A program made the translations under genes and the position numbers. A stretch of DNA of 62,501 nucleotides, counting the filler, from Rhabdomonas costata (lineage: Eukaryota), in assembly GCA_019059605.1 (NCBI GenBank). It is 32 parts of 32 records of this genome, joined end to end, with 100 filler letters (N's around TTAATTAATTAA, not from the genome) between each part and the next. Parts side by side here need not be neighbours in the genome. Positions count along the whole stretch, not along the records: positions 23,480 to 25,338 come from JAHMHO010008139.1; positions 25,439 to 27,293 come from JAHMHO010008140.1; positions 27,394 to 29,252 come from JAHMHO010008141.1; positions 29,353 to 31,208 come from JAHMHO010008142.1; positions 31,309 to 33,167 come from JAHMHO010008143.1; positions 33,268 to 35,123 come from JAHMHO010008144.1; positions 35,224 to 37,079 come from JAHMHO010008145.1; 25 more parts are not named here. One strand, written 5' to 3'. The notes under the pieces were generated by a model. The model was not told the DNA's origin and ran no database searches. It saw only the letters and a program-made list of their open reading frames with translations. Each line of letters begins with the position of its first letter. Within the stretch, counting starts at the first letter, position 1. Below are positions 23,884-36,597 of this stretch, one piece after another.

Positions 23884-24940
23884 GGTGGAAAGCTTGGTCC
23901 GCGGCAACAAATACCTGTTGAGCACGGGAGTCATGCCTGTCGCTCCCAGCGGGATGAGACCCTTTTTTTACGGGCAGATCAGTACCAACAATTTCAGCAG
24001 TGACGTCTACTTCTCGTCCACCGGGGGCGGGATCTACGGATACGTGCGCGCGCCCGGCCAGTCCACTCCGTCCCTATGGGACTACGACGAGGTTCTTTCC
24101 TCTTTGTTCGCGCCGCCGTTTAGCCTGAAGCGCCAGTGTGGTGCTACTAGGGACCGGATGGGAGGGAGGAGGGCTGGCAGTTGTACTAGTAGTGTGTCGC
24201 ATTTCAACCTGGAGTCGTCAGACATTGATTTCTGATCTTAGGAATTTTGAGGGAGATCCATTTGCAGACATAAGGCCAAGTGTGACATGTTTGGCGCTAC
24301 GTGAAAGGCGTGCGATGGTATGGAGTTTACGATTGTTGTTGGCAGTTCAGTAAAATGGAAGTGACTGTTCTGAGTTGATTGAACGGTACTATTGTTGATG
24401 CTCCTGTTGGTAGCTGCCCTGGAGGTGTTGCAGGTGCCATTTTTGGGATACTTTTGGGTTGGCAACACACCCTTCCTTCTCGTATTGTCGCCCGTGGTCC
24501 TTGTTCACTTAATGTCCTCTTTTGAGACCAGCGACTGCCTCTTTCTTTTGAGGATTGAAGAATATCAGACTTCCGTGCACCGTGTGTATGTCTCCCGTGC
24601 AAGGTAAAAAACACGAATTCTTGTTAATTGGCGCACCTTCACCAGAGCTCGCCAGAGTACCAACATGTATAATGCACCATTCACGTATAATTCACTTACT
24701 GGGCATGTCCTGGCTAGAGATTCCAAGCGTCGTCTGTATGGATGTTTCTGCAGGTCGCTGGAAATCAGACGCAGTGGCTCTGCGATGCGCGGGGTGTTCC
24801 TACGGAGCTGCAGTGGTGGCTAAATATGAACGGAACCTCGGGCCTGTGGTACCTAGCGGTGGACCAGAGTGACAAGAACAGCTTTGCGTGGACCGAGAGC
24901 TACCCGCTGTGGACCGGGATTTGGGTCTCCTTTGCCACGG
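23884..24940 (+). CDS. Cache-like extracellular sensor region of a receptor, 2 exons
   Basis: Phase-0-joined exons 23884-24091 and 24754-24940: DVYFSSTGGGIYGYVR...GLWYLAVDQSDKNSFAWTESYPLWTG, matching the WY...WT.xY Cache signature. Confidence 0.6.
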
Positions 24941-25005
24941 GTGTGTGGTGTGATGTGGTGTGGTGTGGTGTGGTGTGGTGTGGTGTGGTGTGGTGTGGTG
25001 TGGTG
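24941..25005. repeat. (GTGTG)n pentamer microsatellite at an intron start
   Basis: About 12 units starting at the GT donor. Confidence 0.9.
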
Positions 25006-26127
25006 TCATCCATAGGATGATGCTTTGGCTTGGCACATCCAAAACCCATCCAAAACCCTGCAAACTTTGCTTTTCTCCCTTTTTCTTTTGCTGCTTTGCC
25101 CTTCGTTTTTCAATTTTATCGTTCTTGAATCATTGTCCTTGACCATCTTGAACTGCTTGCTGCTTTGACCTTTGATTTTCCCCGCCGGGCCTGCACCTTG
25201 GGGAAACCGTCTGATCTAATCGACCCGTGACGAATTGGTTTGCAGCGCATTTCTTCTGCATTGTTTCTCCCGGCATTTTCCTCCTGAAAAAATTACATTT
25301 TTTCTATTCCTGCACACAAAACTGACTCACCACCAACANNNNNNNNNNNNNNNNNNNNNNNNNNNNNNNNNNNNNNNNNNNNTTAATTAATTAANNNNNN
25401 NNNNNNNNNNNNNNNNNNNNNNNNNNNNNNNNNNNNNNGGTGGGGGGGGTGCCCCTAGAATGGGGGATAGCCAGTGCACTATAAATTTCTAGACTGCGGC
25501 CCGTACAATGCAATTAGACTATAAGAAGGGTTGCACTGAACTTTAAACTTTTTAGTTGGATTGAACTTTGAACTGCCTCGCATTAAACTTTGAGGTTTAG
25601 GGGTTTTGGTGCGTTTTTTTTCGCACAGTTTTTCCCCTCTCCCTGGAGCCCCCCTCTCCCCGGCTGGGTCAAAACGGGAGAATGGGTGCCCCAATGTGGA
25701 ACAAAATTGACCACTTGGGGAAAGGGGAAGGACGGCATCAACGTGGTTTTACAAGAGAAAAATACTTTACCACGAAAGTCATCACCGGAGTTCAGGAGTT
25801 CAACGTGGTTTTTGGCTTAAAATGGCCAAAAATGATGTAAAAAACCCGTGGGGTCGGGATTCCAAAAACTGTTATGGGTAAAACTCGTATAAGGAGTATG
25901 AAGCTAAAAGTAAGCGAATGAATGAATGTATGTAGGGGTTTTTGGAATTGAGCTTTGTTGATGTCCACGCTCATATGCTCACTCTGTGCAATACTGTGTA
26001 GAAGAGGCCTTCCCATGCAACACAAGAAGAAGAAATAAAAACAGGGTTGCACCGACCTCAAAGTATATTGCATATCAAAGTGTATTGCAAAGCTGAAAAA
26101 GCACAATTAAGCACAGGCTTGCCGCAC

Positions 26128-27120
26128 CGGTGCAGCAATCCTGGGAGCTGCAGGTTAGGCTCGTGCACACCGTGGAGTCCGACCGGCGGCGCAGTCCCAA
26201 GGGACACGCGAAGCCACTGCTGCCGGCACCGCACGTTGGGTTCGCTGTGACATAGCAAATACCAAAAAAATAGGAAATCCAGCAGACAACCACAAAGCAA
26301 CTACTCAGCTGCAGAGTTGGGAGGCACTTTCATTCTCACGGATTCTCACTGAACAAAGAAGCGAGAGTAGCAAGGCGAGATCCTGAGAGAGTTGGGAGCA
26401 GGGAGAGACCAACACAAACCGAGGTCCAGAATGCCGTCAACTTCCGCCGAAACCCAAAGCGCGTCCGACAAAAACTTGCAAAAAAAAAACGGGTTTCACG
26501 GCTGGGTGTCGAAAGGCAAGACAAAAGCGGGAAAACCAGTATGAGAGGGGGTGGCAACTTTTGCAAGCGGAAACCCCAACTGCAAACCAGCCGCATTTCC
26601 ACAAAAAGTGCACCACTTGCTGAAAGGTGCGCTCAAAACAAACGCCCCCAAAATGTACCAGTGCAACAGTCTGCTTGAATGCACGACAGCGAGGAGCAGA
26701 ATGTGGGTCCAGGCTTAGCGGTGAAGTGCGAGGGGCACGTGTAGCCACTGCTTACACAGGTTGGGTTGGCTGAAATAGAGGAGGAGGAGGACCACGCGAA
26801 TTGTAGTTGAGCAAGCACTATGAAGCGGGTGGGTGGTGATGGTAGCGGTTTGCCTTCGATGTCGCAAGGTGCCATCCTTCTGGCCAACAGAGCTCAAAAT
26901 GTTGGTGGGCTTCTCCATTTCCCGTTACGTTCGAATTTTTGTTGCACTGAATCTGCACCGATCACTGTTGTCATCCTTTCCCCTCCGAGAGAGGCTCCAA
27001 TAGCAGAACACACACCGCCGCAACAGTCTGCAGTGCTGCATTTCGCCGAGCTGCACACTGTGTCCGCTCCTTTCGCGCTGAAGTTCGTTGGGCAGGGAAA
27101 GCTGTCACAGCTGGGATTCC
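26128..27120 (-). CDS. Cys-rich repeat surface protein; three one-repeat exons
   Basis: Phase 1-1 exons 27120-27016, 26769-26659 and 26244-26128 each encode NP(T/S)C..CP...C.S..C...DCC. Confidence 0.85.
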
Positions 27121-27816
27121 CTAGGAAGCACCCCCCCCAACCCACACGCACACAGCGCAGCCTCGGCGCCACAAAAACAAACCGGGTGACCCGGAATTGT
27201 ATACTTCACTTGTTCACTTGTTCACTTCACTTGTTTTCTGTAAAAACAGAGGGGCGAGGGGCGGTTCTCCCCATTGTTCCCAAACCCAAAAAANNNNNNN
27301 NNNNNNNNNNNNNNNNNNNNNNNNNNNNNNNNNNNNNTTAATTAATTAANNNNNNNNNNNNNNNNNNNNNNNNNNNNNNNNNNNNNNNNNNNNTTGTGGT
27401 GGGTTTAAACACGGATCGCTTTCCATTCAGCCCGAGCGTGAGCCAAAAAAACATTCCGCACTGCTCGGTGGGCAACGGACTGAATGGGTGACTTGTGGCA
27501 AAGCAGAAAAATAACCCTCGCACACACATGAAGGACCCAACAGCACGATAGCACTCCTCTCCGAGAAGGTTCTGTTGAAAGTCTAAAGGGGTACCCTCCA
27601 TATTTTCATTCCGTCTGGATCCTTTATTCTTTCACCTTCTCTTTATCCCAAGTAAAAAAACCAGGACAGAAGTCCGTTGGACAAGATTTGGGATAAAAAA
27701 GCCATAGCAGAATGGCGAAAGAAGCAATTTGTATGGGAGTGTGTGTGTGTGGGTGGGGGGGTCGGACTCGCAGTAGGACTGCAAAGTCCTACTGTGAGGT
27801 TGAGCCGCAGCGTGCG

Positions 27817-27823
<7 letters not shown>

Positions 27824-27852
<29 letters not shown>
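27824..27852. repeat. (CA)n microsatellite
   Basis: CA run preceded by (GC)n. Confidence 0.9.
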
Positions 27853-27856
<4 letters not shown>

Positions 27857-28063
27857 AACAAGCACAAACACATCGAATTATGTCGCAAAAACTTCAGTCG
27901 AAAAACCCCGAGGAACCGACAAGGCTACACAGGGAGGAACGCTATCAACTCGAAAGACATTGGAGAGGTCATCCGGTCTCGTCTTCTTGTGCAGGCATCC
28001 TGCAGAAGTTATGCCACAGAAACAAACGTCCACGCTTCCGTTAGCGCCCTCCCTCCAGAGCAC

Positions 28064-29194
28064 CTCGGCTCTCTCCGCGACGAACTTCAGGCGGCTGAAG
28101 TTCATGTTAGCCCCGCTGGCCACCGCGACCAAAGCGGAGCCGTGGATCTCGACGTTCTCGGCATACTTCTTGGCCCCAGCGATGCCTAGCGCCCCGGCAG
28201 GCTCTAGGATGCTCCGGGTGTCGGTGAAGGCATCCTTGATTGCGGCACAGATCTGCACCCACACATAGACACAGAATGGCGAACAACATAAGCGATGAAA
28301 GAACACGCAATATTTGGGGGAAGTAGGAGCACAATCAGCCCGCAAAAAGGTCTCATGCCACCTGCGCAAGTGTTCGGGTGTTGGCATGGTCACTACCTCC
28401 AATTCGCTAGCTTAGAAATTCGAGCTAAATGGGAACTGCTCTCTCAGTTCTCTGGCGAAACCGTCTCTCAGTTTCTGCACCGGTAAGCTGAGTCGGCATC
28501 TCGGGAGCATCTCAAGAATTGGTATGGCGCCCTCACTCCTCCATGATCGCATATGCTCACCCTCTGAGCCCTATGGGAGTGCTCAGGCTCCAGCTCAGGC
28601 TCAGGCTTCGGGAGAAGTTGACAGGTCATTGGGTGGGGATTGGCGTTCACAAGGATGCCCCACCTCGTCGTTGGTAACAAGGATGATGCCGTCCAGGAGA
28701 TCCTTGCAGATCCGGAAGGTCTCTTGCCCCACCAGCCGAACCGCCGCGCCGTCCGCGAACAGCCCGACCTCCTTCAGCTCCACCCGGGAGCCCACCTCCA
28801 GGCTCTTTGCCATCGCGCAGGCATCCACCGTCTCCACCCCAAAAACCTGCCGCGCGTGGACCACGAGAACGGAGAATGGAATTCGATCGAAAGGGCTCAA
28901 ATAACGCCATTGGGGCTTTGAAACACCCCAGTCACGTGGCATCGAGAACACGCCACTACATAGCACTTGCAGTTAGGAGGCACCTATTCACAGATCCAAA
29001 GCAACTTCTGTTTTGGTATGTTCCGAAACGAGAAACGACTTGAACTGTCATGAATTGGGGTCTTCGATTTCAGAAAGCAGTGCGCGCGCCTTGGTGTGAG
29101 GGAAGATCCGCTTGATGTACGCGCAGAGCCCGGCGACCAACCCCCCACCGCCGACGGCACAGAAGATGGCGTGCACTCGCTGACTCTTCGGGAT
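28064..29194 (-). CDS. ilvA: Threonine dehydratase/deaminase (biosynthetic type), 3 exons
   Basis: Exons 29194-29090, 28846-28664 and 28252-28064: [65 protein letters not shown]. The first intron is GC-AG. Confidence 0.95.
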
Positions 29195-30042
29195 CTGAGA
29201 CAACCCCCCAACCGCGCCCGTAGAGACACAAAGAGAGCACCACAACCACAACNNNNNNNNNNNNNNNNNNNNNNNNNNNNNNNNNNNNNNNNNNNNTTAA
29301 TTAATTAANNNNNNNNNNNNNNNNNNNNNNNNNNNNNNNNNNNNNNNNNNNNTTTTGTGTGGTCTCAGTGGACCGTAAAATTAAGGCCTTTATACAACTC
29401 AAACTAGTGTCGGGTATTGTTGCAGGTATGGGCTGCTCTGGGCAGATTCTGAGGTGCTGCCTTTGCAGATCATGCAACGGAGATTCCTGGCTACTTTTGG
29501 TTTGACGGTTTTGGTAAACCACTCTTTAACAGGCTCTTGTAAAGCAATGGGAGAGAGGGGGATACCAGTGGTTTCCGGGTTTGCCTGTTTTTAAGCTGTG
29601 GGTGATTAGGAGACGATGTACGTGTCCCCCCAGGATTGCATGGAAGCGAATGATTCCAGAATGTCTTGGGCCACGGAGAGCAGCGGGACGGCTCAAGATC
29701 GTTGGTAATTAATGCCAGATCACTTGCTAATTTGTTGGGAACGGTACCATGGTTCCCAATCACGATGGTGCCGGGTCCCCCCAGATACACCAACACACCA
29801 CTTTACAAGGCTCCTTTAACAAGTTATAGTAACACTGCCGGCCGGCAGTGTTGCAGAAAAGGTGGTTTCACACTTTTCAGGTTTTTTGTTGTAATGTGCT
29901 GCCGATCATCCGACCAACATGCCTCACCACATGGGAACTGTCATGATCCGAAAGTGTACCCCGAAAGCTAACCTGTATGTTGGATTGGGCTATATTCTTC
30001 TTTAGAGTGGTGTGGGTGCTGTGTGCTGTGTGGGTGCACCAG

Positions 30043-31208
30043 GGATGGGTTTTGGCGCACTTTCTGGTCTTCGACACGGACGCCTCCAAGCTGTGCCAGA
30101 CGTACTTCATCGGAGTCAGCCTGCATGGCCTCGCCTTGTTCGGGGCAAGCCCCATATTTATTCCCTTGCCACCCACTTGAGCCTGGTTCGATGCGGGGGA
30201 GCGGGGAGTAGTGTTTCTCCTTTTGGTCTTGCCTGCCCGTTGACTCTTCCAGAGTCGACGAATGGGTGCTTGCTGTCGTTCTTTCCTTTTTCCACAGAGG
30301 AGGTTTCCTCCGACGTGGCTGAAGGTTTCTTAGCTGTTAATTTTTCACCGCAAAGTGTACGTTAGCCGTTTGCCACATGCACCGCATTGCGCGGACTCCT
30401 TTTTTGCATTGGCAGAATATGGTGCCGTGGGTTTTTGCTGGCATGCGTGATGACTGGTGGGCCAACCGCATGTCAAAGGTTCTTTTTATCTTTGTGTGCT
30501 GGGCTGGAGCAGCTTGGGGAGCAGATTTGGGGTCTCACACATCCCGCCGTGAAGGACCCCCCAAAAAAAACAGCCAGCAGGGTCCTCTGCTTGTGGGACA
30601 GAAGTTGTGTCCGAATTAAGGAAAAAGCCGCGGGCTGTCCATGTGGCCAGTGCTTTGTGCTGTGCTGGTGGATGCCCCGATTATCTCTTGGCGTGAAACA
30701 ATAAGCATGCCTTCGGGGCGGTAGGATACTCCTGGCCGACAGTGGGCGCCCCAACACATCGCTTCCCTTCCCTGGTGCTGCTCTGCTTTCTGCTCTTCAG
30801 AATGTGAAGGGCTCACTGCTTTTGTTATTGCTGGCCCTGCAACTTCCCGTGTTCCTAGATCTTTCTCCAGTGCTCCCCCCTCTCCTGTGGTGGCTCCTCT
30901 TCTCTCTGCATTCGTCATCCCGCGTTCTGGATATGTCTACGGATGCCCAGATCCCAAAGACACTGGGCCTGCCCACCTTGATTGGGTTCATCGTCTTCTT
31001 TGGCCCCATCCTCTACAACCTCTCCAGAAGTCTGTGGCGGAATGAGCACCGCCACCTCAAGCCCTTCACAATGGCCGCGACTCCTCGTCGCCAGTTCTAT
31101 CGCTCGGATGCCCTCAGCTCCACCTCGGACCCGGAGCTAGATCCGGAGGCCGGGGAGGAGCCCCGTAAGTTCAAGCGGCCTCCCATGACCTCCGCGGCCA
31201 ACCCCACA
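30043..31208 (+). CDS. Multi-pass membrane protein of unknown family, 2 exons
   Basis: Exon 30043-30144 (GWVLAHFLVF...GLALFG) with a GCAAGC donor joins in phase 0 to exon 30801-end (NVKGSLLLLLLALQLPVF...LIGFIVFFGPILYNL). Confidence 0.6.
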
Positions 31209-31308
31209 NNNNNNNNNNNNNNNNNNNNNNNNNNNNNNNNNNNNNNNNNNNNTTAATTAATTAANNNNNNNNNNNNNNNNNNNNNNNNNNNNNNNNNNNN
31301 NNNNNNNN

Positions 31309-31422
31309 GTTTGCGTTTGCGTTTGCGTTTGCGTTTGCGTTTGCGTTTGCGTTTGCGTTTGCGTTTGCGTTTGCGTTTGCGTTTGCGTTTGCGTTTGCGT
31401 TTGCGTTTGCGTTTGCGTTTGC
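31309..31422. repeat. (GTTTGC)n hexamer microsatellite
   Basis: About 19 perfect units; source of the spurious RL and AN dipeptide ORFs. Confidence 0.97.
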
Positions 31423-33537
31423 GTGCGTGTTTGCGTACCGTTTACATCGCTCTCTGGGCTCCGTTAGACCACGGAGATAAACCCAGAGACTGGTCTTTCT
31501 ACCCGTTGTATTTGGATATCGTGGGGATGCTGGGGAAGTCCGCTTTTGAAGGCTGCCCCGTCGCAAAGCCGCACCCCGGGTAACGGGATCCGCCCAACCC
31601 CAACAAGAGGCAGTACAGGCAATGGGGGGTGAACAGGTGCCTACTAGAAGTGTTGTGTAAAGTCTTGCCGCGTGACATGGTAACACGTTCAGTGACACCA
31701 AACACACTCGTGCTCTTCTTTGCGCTGGCGTGTTCGTGCTCATTCGTGTTTTTCAGGCACGCCACTGCTGCACCAACCTTCCGCGTATGTTTTTCGTTGC
31801 TTGTCTTTCTGGTCTCCTCTTTGCTTTTTGTACCAGCCAGAGTGCGGCCAATAACCCGCCGAAAACCTGCCTCCAAGCTGCAACGCATCTGGCAGTACCC
31901 ACGCCAGCAAGTCAGCCATGGGCGCCGTGATTGCCCCCCTGATGCTCCTGATAACCAAAAAGACCAGAACACACATGCACACACACACAAAGGTCCACTG
32001 TCCTTGACCTCCGCACCACTTTTGCTGCACTTGTGGTGCACCATTTTCACGACTAACTCTTTTGGCCACACCCGGAAACACCCAGTTTTCTGACATTTCC
32101 CCTTCACTTTTTCCGGATCCTCCGAACATAGTGGGGGAGGTGGCAACGGTCCTCCTAATGCAAGAAACCAATTCTTTTCCACTGGCCAAGGATCAACCCT
32201 TGCCAGGAAACATGTACTCCCACAACACATACTTTCATCCCATTTCACCCGTTTTCCCGTAACGAAATTTCCTTTTGGCCAAATGACCTTTCTGGCAATT
32301 CCCCTCGACCATTGATACTGTCTGTTCCCTGCACAATACACGTTGTCTTTTCTGTGCTTTTCTTCCTGCTTTTTGTTTCGTTTGGTACCAATTTTCTCCC
32401 TTTTGGTCACTTGACACTACCGGCTTGTTTTGAAATTTGCTACCGCATTAGACCAAAACTAAAGGAATCTAATTGGAAACCACCTTTTGCTAGACCAAAA
32501 TCCCCATCCCCACAAAACCACCGTATTTGACGCGAAAAATTAGGCCATTGAATTGTTGTAAATATTCCCCATTCATTTCATGCACATATGTTTCCTTTAC
32601 CAAGCATTTACACACTCAACTCCCTTCCATCAATTCCAGTATTTTCCCAACTCTGAAGTGGAAACTGTCCTGTGTTTTCTGTTTCCTTCTAGCGCTTTGA
32701 CTTGGGATTGGGAAAAGTATCTTTTTGCGAGGGTTCAAGGCAGTACGCAGCAGCGGTAGCACAGAATCACAAAAGAACTGAATCTAAGATGGGTGTGGCT
32801 TCTATGGGAGGCGCGCTGGCAGGCGAAGGAAACAGGCGCACGGAGGCGCAGGGAACGGCAGAAGAGGGGGTGCTTGGCGGTGGCAAAATAGAGAGGGAGG
32901 GAGGCCGCAGGTCTCGCGCCAAGGCGCGGGCGGCGAGAAAAGGCCAAAGCCATCCACAGCAACGCACGGGGAGAACAAACACAGCAGCACAAAGACGAAG
33001 CCCGGAAAAACAGGCACTCCAGGATGATGCAGCAGCTTTTTCAGTAAACCGGGCCCTGAGCCCAGTACGTGGTTCGGGAGACCGAGCCCTCTCAGTTACC
33101 CACCAGGCACGAAGGCAACGGATGAGTACACTGGAAAGACGAAGTACTAAAACAAAGCACAACAACCNNNNNNNNNNNNNNNNNNNNNNNNNNNNNNNNN
33201 NNNNNNNNNNNTTAATTAATTAANNNNNNNNNNNNNNNNNNNNNNNNNNNNNNNNNNNNNNNNNNNNGGTTGTTGTGGTGATAGTTGCTCACGCTTAAGA
33301 GCTGTGTACATGCCCAGAAATGCGGACTGGTGTACACTCGTTGATCGCCAGTGTGCCGTGACACAAAGCCTGTGCACTACTTCCGCCACGTGAACATGGG
33401 TAAATCCCTAACACTATCGATACCCTCCTCAAAGGGTGACCTGCAACTCTGAAGCGGCAGTACAAAGGCCCATCGAAATTTGCAGAGAGAATCGAGAGAA
33501 GGAGAGAGAGAGCCAGGTATAAACAAAAGACAGAGAC

Positions 33538-34535
33538 CTCCCTTGGCGGATTTAAGAAAGCTCTCCAGGATGATCTGGTTGCGGAGCACCTCTTCCTGGC
33601 AATGGCAAAGGCACGCGTTGGCTAGTCCGTAACCCACCAACTGGAAAATGCGCCATAAGGTGTACAAAGGGGACGGCTAAAAAGCAGCTCTCGCACATAA
33701 AAAGCAGAAGAGAGGACTCAACTGAACGTTAAGGCGCAAAAAGGCAAAAAGAAATTTCGATGAAGTCCCCGTGTCTGGATATGTGCGGTTGATAAATAAG
33801 GAACTGCAAATATCATTGATATACGTAAACGCTTGACCTTCTGAGCTGCGGAAATGGAAGGGAAGAGCACAGCCATTGGCACGCACCTTTTTCTTGTGCA
33901 GCCGAGGGACGGCAGGACCTCGGGCAGAGCCCCCCTCCCCCTCCTCTTCAGCGATCATTTTGGTGTAGTACCAGGCAATGGCCTTGTCAAATCGGAAAAC
34001 CACCGTGTCCGGCACCACAATCTCCAGGGTGCTCTTGGAATCCCACGTAGTCCACAGCACCTCGTAGATCACGTCCAGCACGCCATCCCCCTCGACGTTC
34101 ATGAAGTCCAGCTAGATAACAAAGTCAGAACTGCATTTCCTCTCCGGGAAACGCTGCTGAAATTTGAACTACCTTCACTGCAAACGAGTTGAAAACAGCA
34201 AAATTCCTGAGTGCAGTTCTGGAAACCACTCAAAAACCAGTCCCTTAAGAAGCACGCCATAATTCATATGCTGTTTGAGGGCGTTGCACAATCTGACTCT
34301 TTCTGCTAGTTTCCAGTATTTTCAGTTTTACTAGTTCCAGTTCCAGTTCCAAAGCTGTCACTCGGTAATCCGGTTGTCCTACAAAAAACCTGAACGGGAA
34401 AGTGGGAAGCTGAAATGAGAGTGAGAGTGACAGCGAGAGTGGGCGTACATCTCCAACGGTCTTCTTGTCCTCCAGCTCACAGTCCACGTCGACGACCCCT
34501 CCACTGCGCATCAAACGCTCCTTCTGCTTCGACAT
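33538..34535 (-). CDS. Hypothetical protein, first 3 exons
   Basis: Phase-compatible GT-AG exons 34535-34449, 34111-33887 and 33595-33538 (LDFMNVEGDGVLDVIYEVLW...IVVPDTVVFRFDKAIAWYYT); GC3-rich. Confidence 0.75.
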
Positions 34536-35365
34536 TCTCTATTGCTACGGAGGCGACGGCAGGATGACTTTTTGGGATGATAACCCGAAGGCCGGGCTTT
34601 TACCGGAAGCACAGCGGCAAAAATACCTCTTTAACAAGCTCTGAAGCCGAAGCACTGGAGCCCTTGCTGTAACGTTCTCTCAGAGGGAGGGTTGCCCCAG
34701 CACTCCAGCAGAACTCATTTTTCTACAAAGGGGAAACACTTTGGAAAACATACACAATTAAAATATCACCGGCGACATGAGTACCACTGCGGCATTCAGA
34801 AGAAAAAAATGAAGGGAGGAGGACAACCAACAGCTACCACAAGGAGGCGTAGCACTGGGCACGAATTCGTTCTGGAGCGAGAATTCATATATCCATCAGC
34901 GAAGTGCACTTTTGACTTGATGCAAGGGGCTGAAAGGTAAGTACTGTCGTCCGGCGACAAGGGCCGCAGAACTCAAGGCGCAGAACATTCCATGTTACCT
35001 ATGCTACTGTAGCTCAAGCAGCAGGACAGCACCAACTCCTGGGGTGAACTGGCATCTCGATCCATTACTCATGGCGGAGGCGAATCGCGCGAAAGCAGCC
35101 AGGAAATTCTACCCCCCCCCAACNNNNNNNNNNNNNNNNNNNNNNNNNNNNNNNNNNNNNNNNNNNNTTAATTAATTAANNNNNNNNNNNNNNNNNNNNN
35201 NNNNNNNNNNNNNNNNNNNNNNNGTTGGGGGGGGGGATGTTTTTATCTGATGGTCAAGCGTGTTCTACCGCCTCGCAGCTGGCTGTGTGCGTGGATCCGC
35301 ATGGGCACAGGGTGCGACAGAGCCCCCCCCCACACACACACAAATACATGTGAACAGGCACTTAC

Positions 35366-35529
35366 CATGCAGTGCATATAGGCTGTACCACGAAGCATAT
35401 CGCTGAGGATGAGGTGAGTCGCAATATTCATTGTGGCACCCCGTACAGCGGGATGGGGGTCCTTCAGCCCACCAAAGAAGTGGGAGACCCACAGACCCGC
35501 GGTGTTGGGATAGCGGCACAATAAGTCCC
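35366..35529 (-). CDS. Condensin HEAT subunit (CAP-D2/Cnd1-like), internal exon
   Basis: cacag|GDLLCRYPNTAGLWVSHFFGGLKDPHPAVRGATMNIATHLILSDML...|gtaag matches the Cnd1 pattern GDL..RFPN....W...LY..L.D....VR......THLIL.DM. Confidence 0.8.
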
Positions 35530-36115
35530 CTGTGAGTGGCACCCCCACAAAAAAAAACATGCCAAGCGTGAAAGGGAATGGAGGAGACTGCTCGGTACCG
35601 CATGTCAACTTCTCGCGGACAAATAAATCCACAAACGTTCCTCGGAGGGCAACTCCAAATGTGGGGTCATACTTTCTCAGTGCGATAGGAATGCCGTGTG
35701 GTTTGTCGTGGTGTTTTGTGCAGTTCAGTCGGTGCGCTGTTTTCTGTTGCTGTTTTATAAACACGTCTCCCTCCAGCAACGGTTCCCTTCCTGCAGTTTT
35801 CCACTGCTGCATTCTGACCGTTTCACGCAGCCCCCCCCCCTTCTCACCCGTCCTGCTTCCTCCCTCTTCTCTATCTTGTGTTTGTCCAAGACCCCACTTT
35901 CACCCATCTTGACCGACAGTACAGCTCAACGCACCCTGGACACTCCGGATAATGTTGGATAATGCACCAATCCCCGTGACGAACAAGTAAAAGGGTGATT
36001 GAAAAACGCGTTTTACCGGAAATTTCGGCATTAAAACGGGTCACAAATCATGACCACACTGGTCAAGGGGCACATTTGGCCAACAACAAAAAGAAGGGAT
36101 TTGGAAACCACGAAC

Positions 36116-36597
36116 TTTCATTTGGGGGAAAGCCGGAGTCTTTCCGCCACCCACCAGCGCCATGATATTGCTGCGATACAGCATTTCCACGATGCCGATT
36201 CCACCATAAAGGTCTGAGCGCACCAAAAACAAGAGTTTTTCCAGAAAAGCCTTTTTTGCGCGATTCGAGGCCTTAGGACACCGTCACCTTAAAGCGACCA
36301 TCAGCAAATAGTGGACTTGATTTGGGTTTTGGTGGATTGGTTTTGTTTTGGCCTTTGTCCGCCGAAACGCAAACACCTGTTTCTTGCATGCAATGTGCAA
36401 CGCTTCACTGCATCAATGGCTTGCACGGTTCTCCCTTTGGGTCCGTCTTAGGGAAAAAGGAAGGAAATGGAGTACACAAAATAGCAGCATCACAAAATTA
36501 GAAAAAAAAGAATGCACAGGACGTGTGATCTTCAACTTTCCGAAATCCTCGGAAGCATAAATGCGGAAGCCAGTGTTGGTCCCAACAGAGAAGCAAC
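36116..36597 (-). CDS. WIPI3/4 (WDR45)/Atg18-family PROPPIN, 2 N-terminal exons
   Basis: Exons 36597-36523 and 36213-36116: [14 protein letters not shown]...[30 protein letters not shown]. Confidence 0.9.

Noticed and set aside
31309-31422. (GTTTGC)n at a contig start as a telomere
   Set aside because: It lacks a G-run, differs from euglenozoan TTAGGG and decays into ordinary sequence; treated as a microsatellite.
31261-32410. Long ORFs (303 aa, poly-AN and poly-RL)
   Set aside because: They arise from the (GTTTGC)n microsatellite and stop-poor non-coding sequence, with no motifs or GC3 bias.
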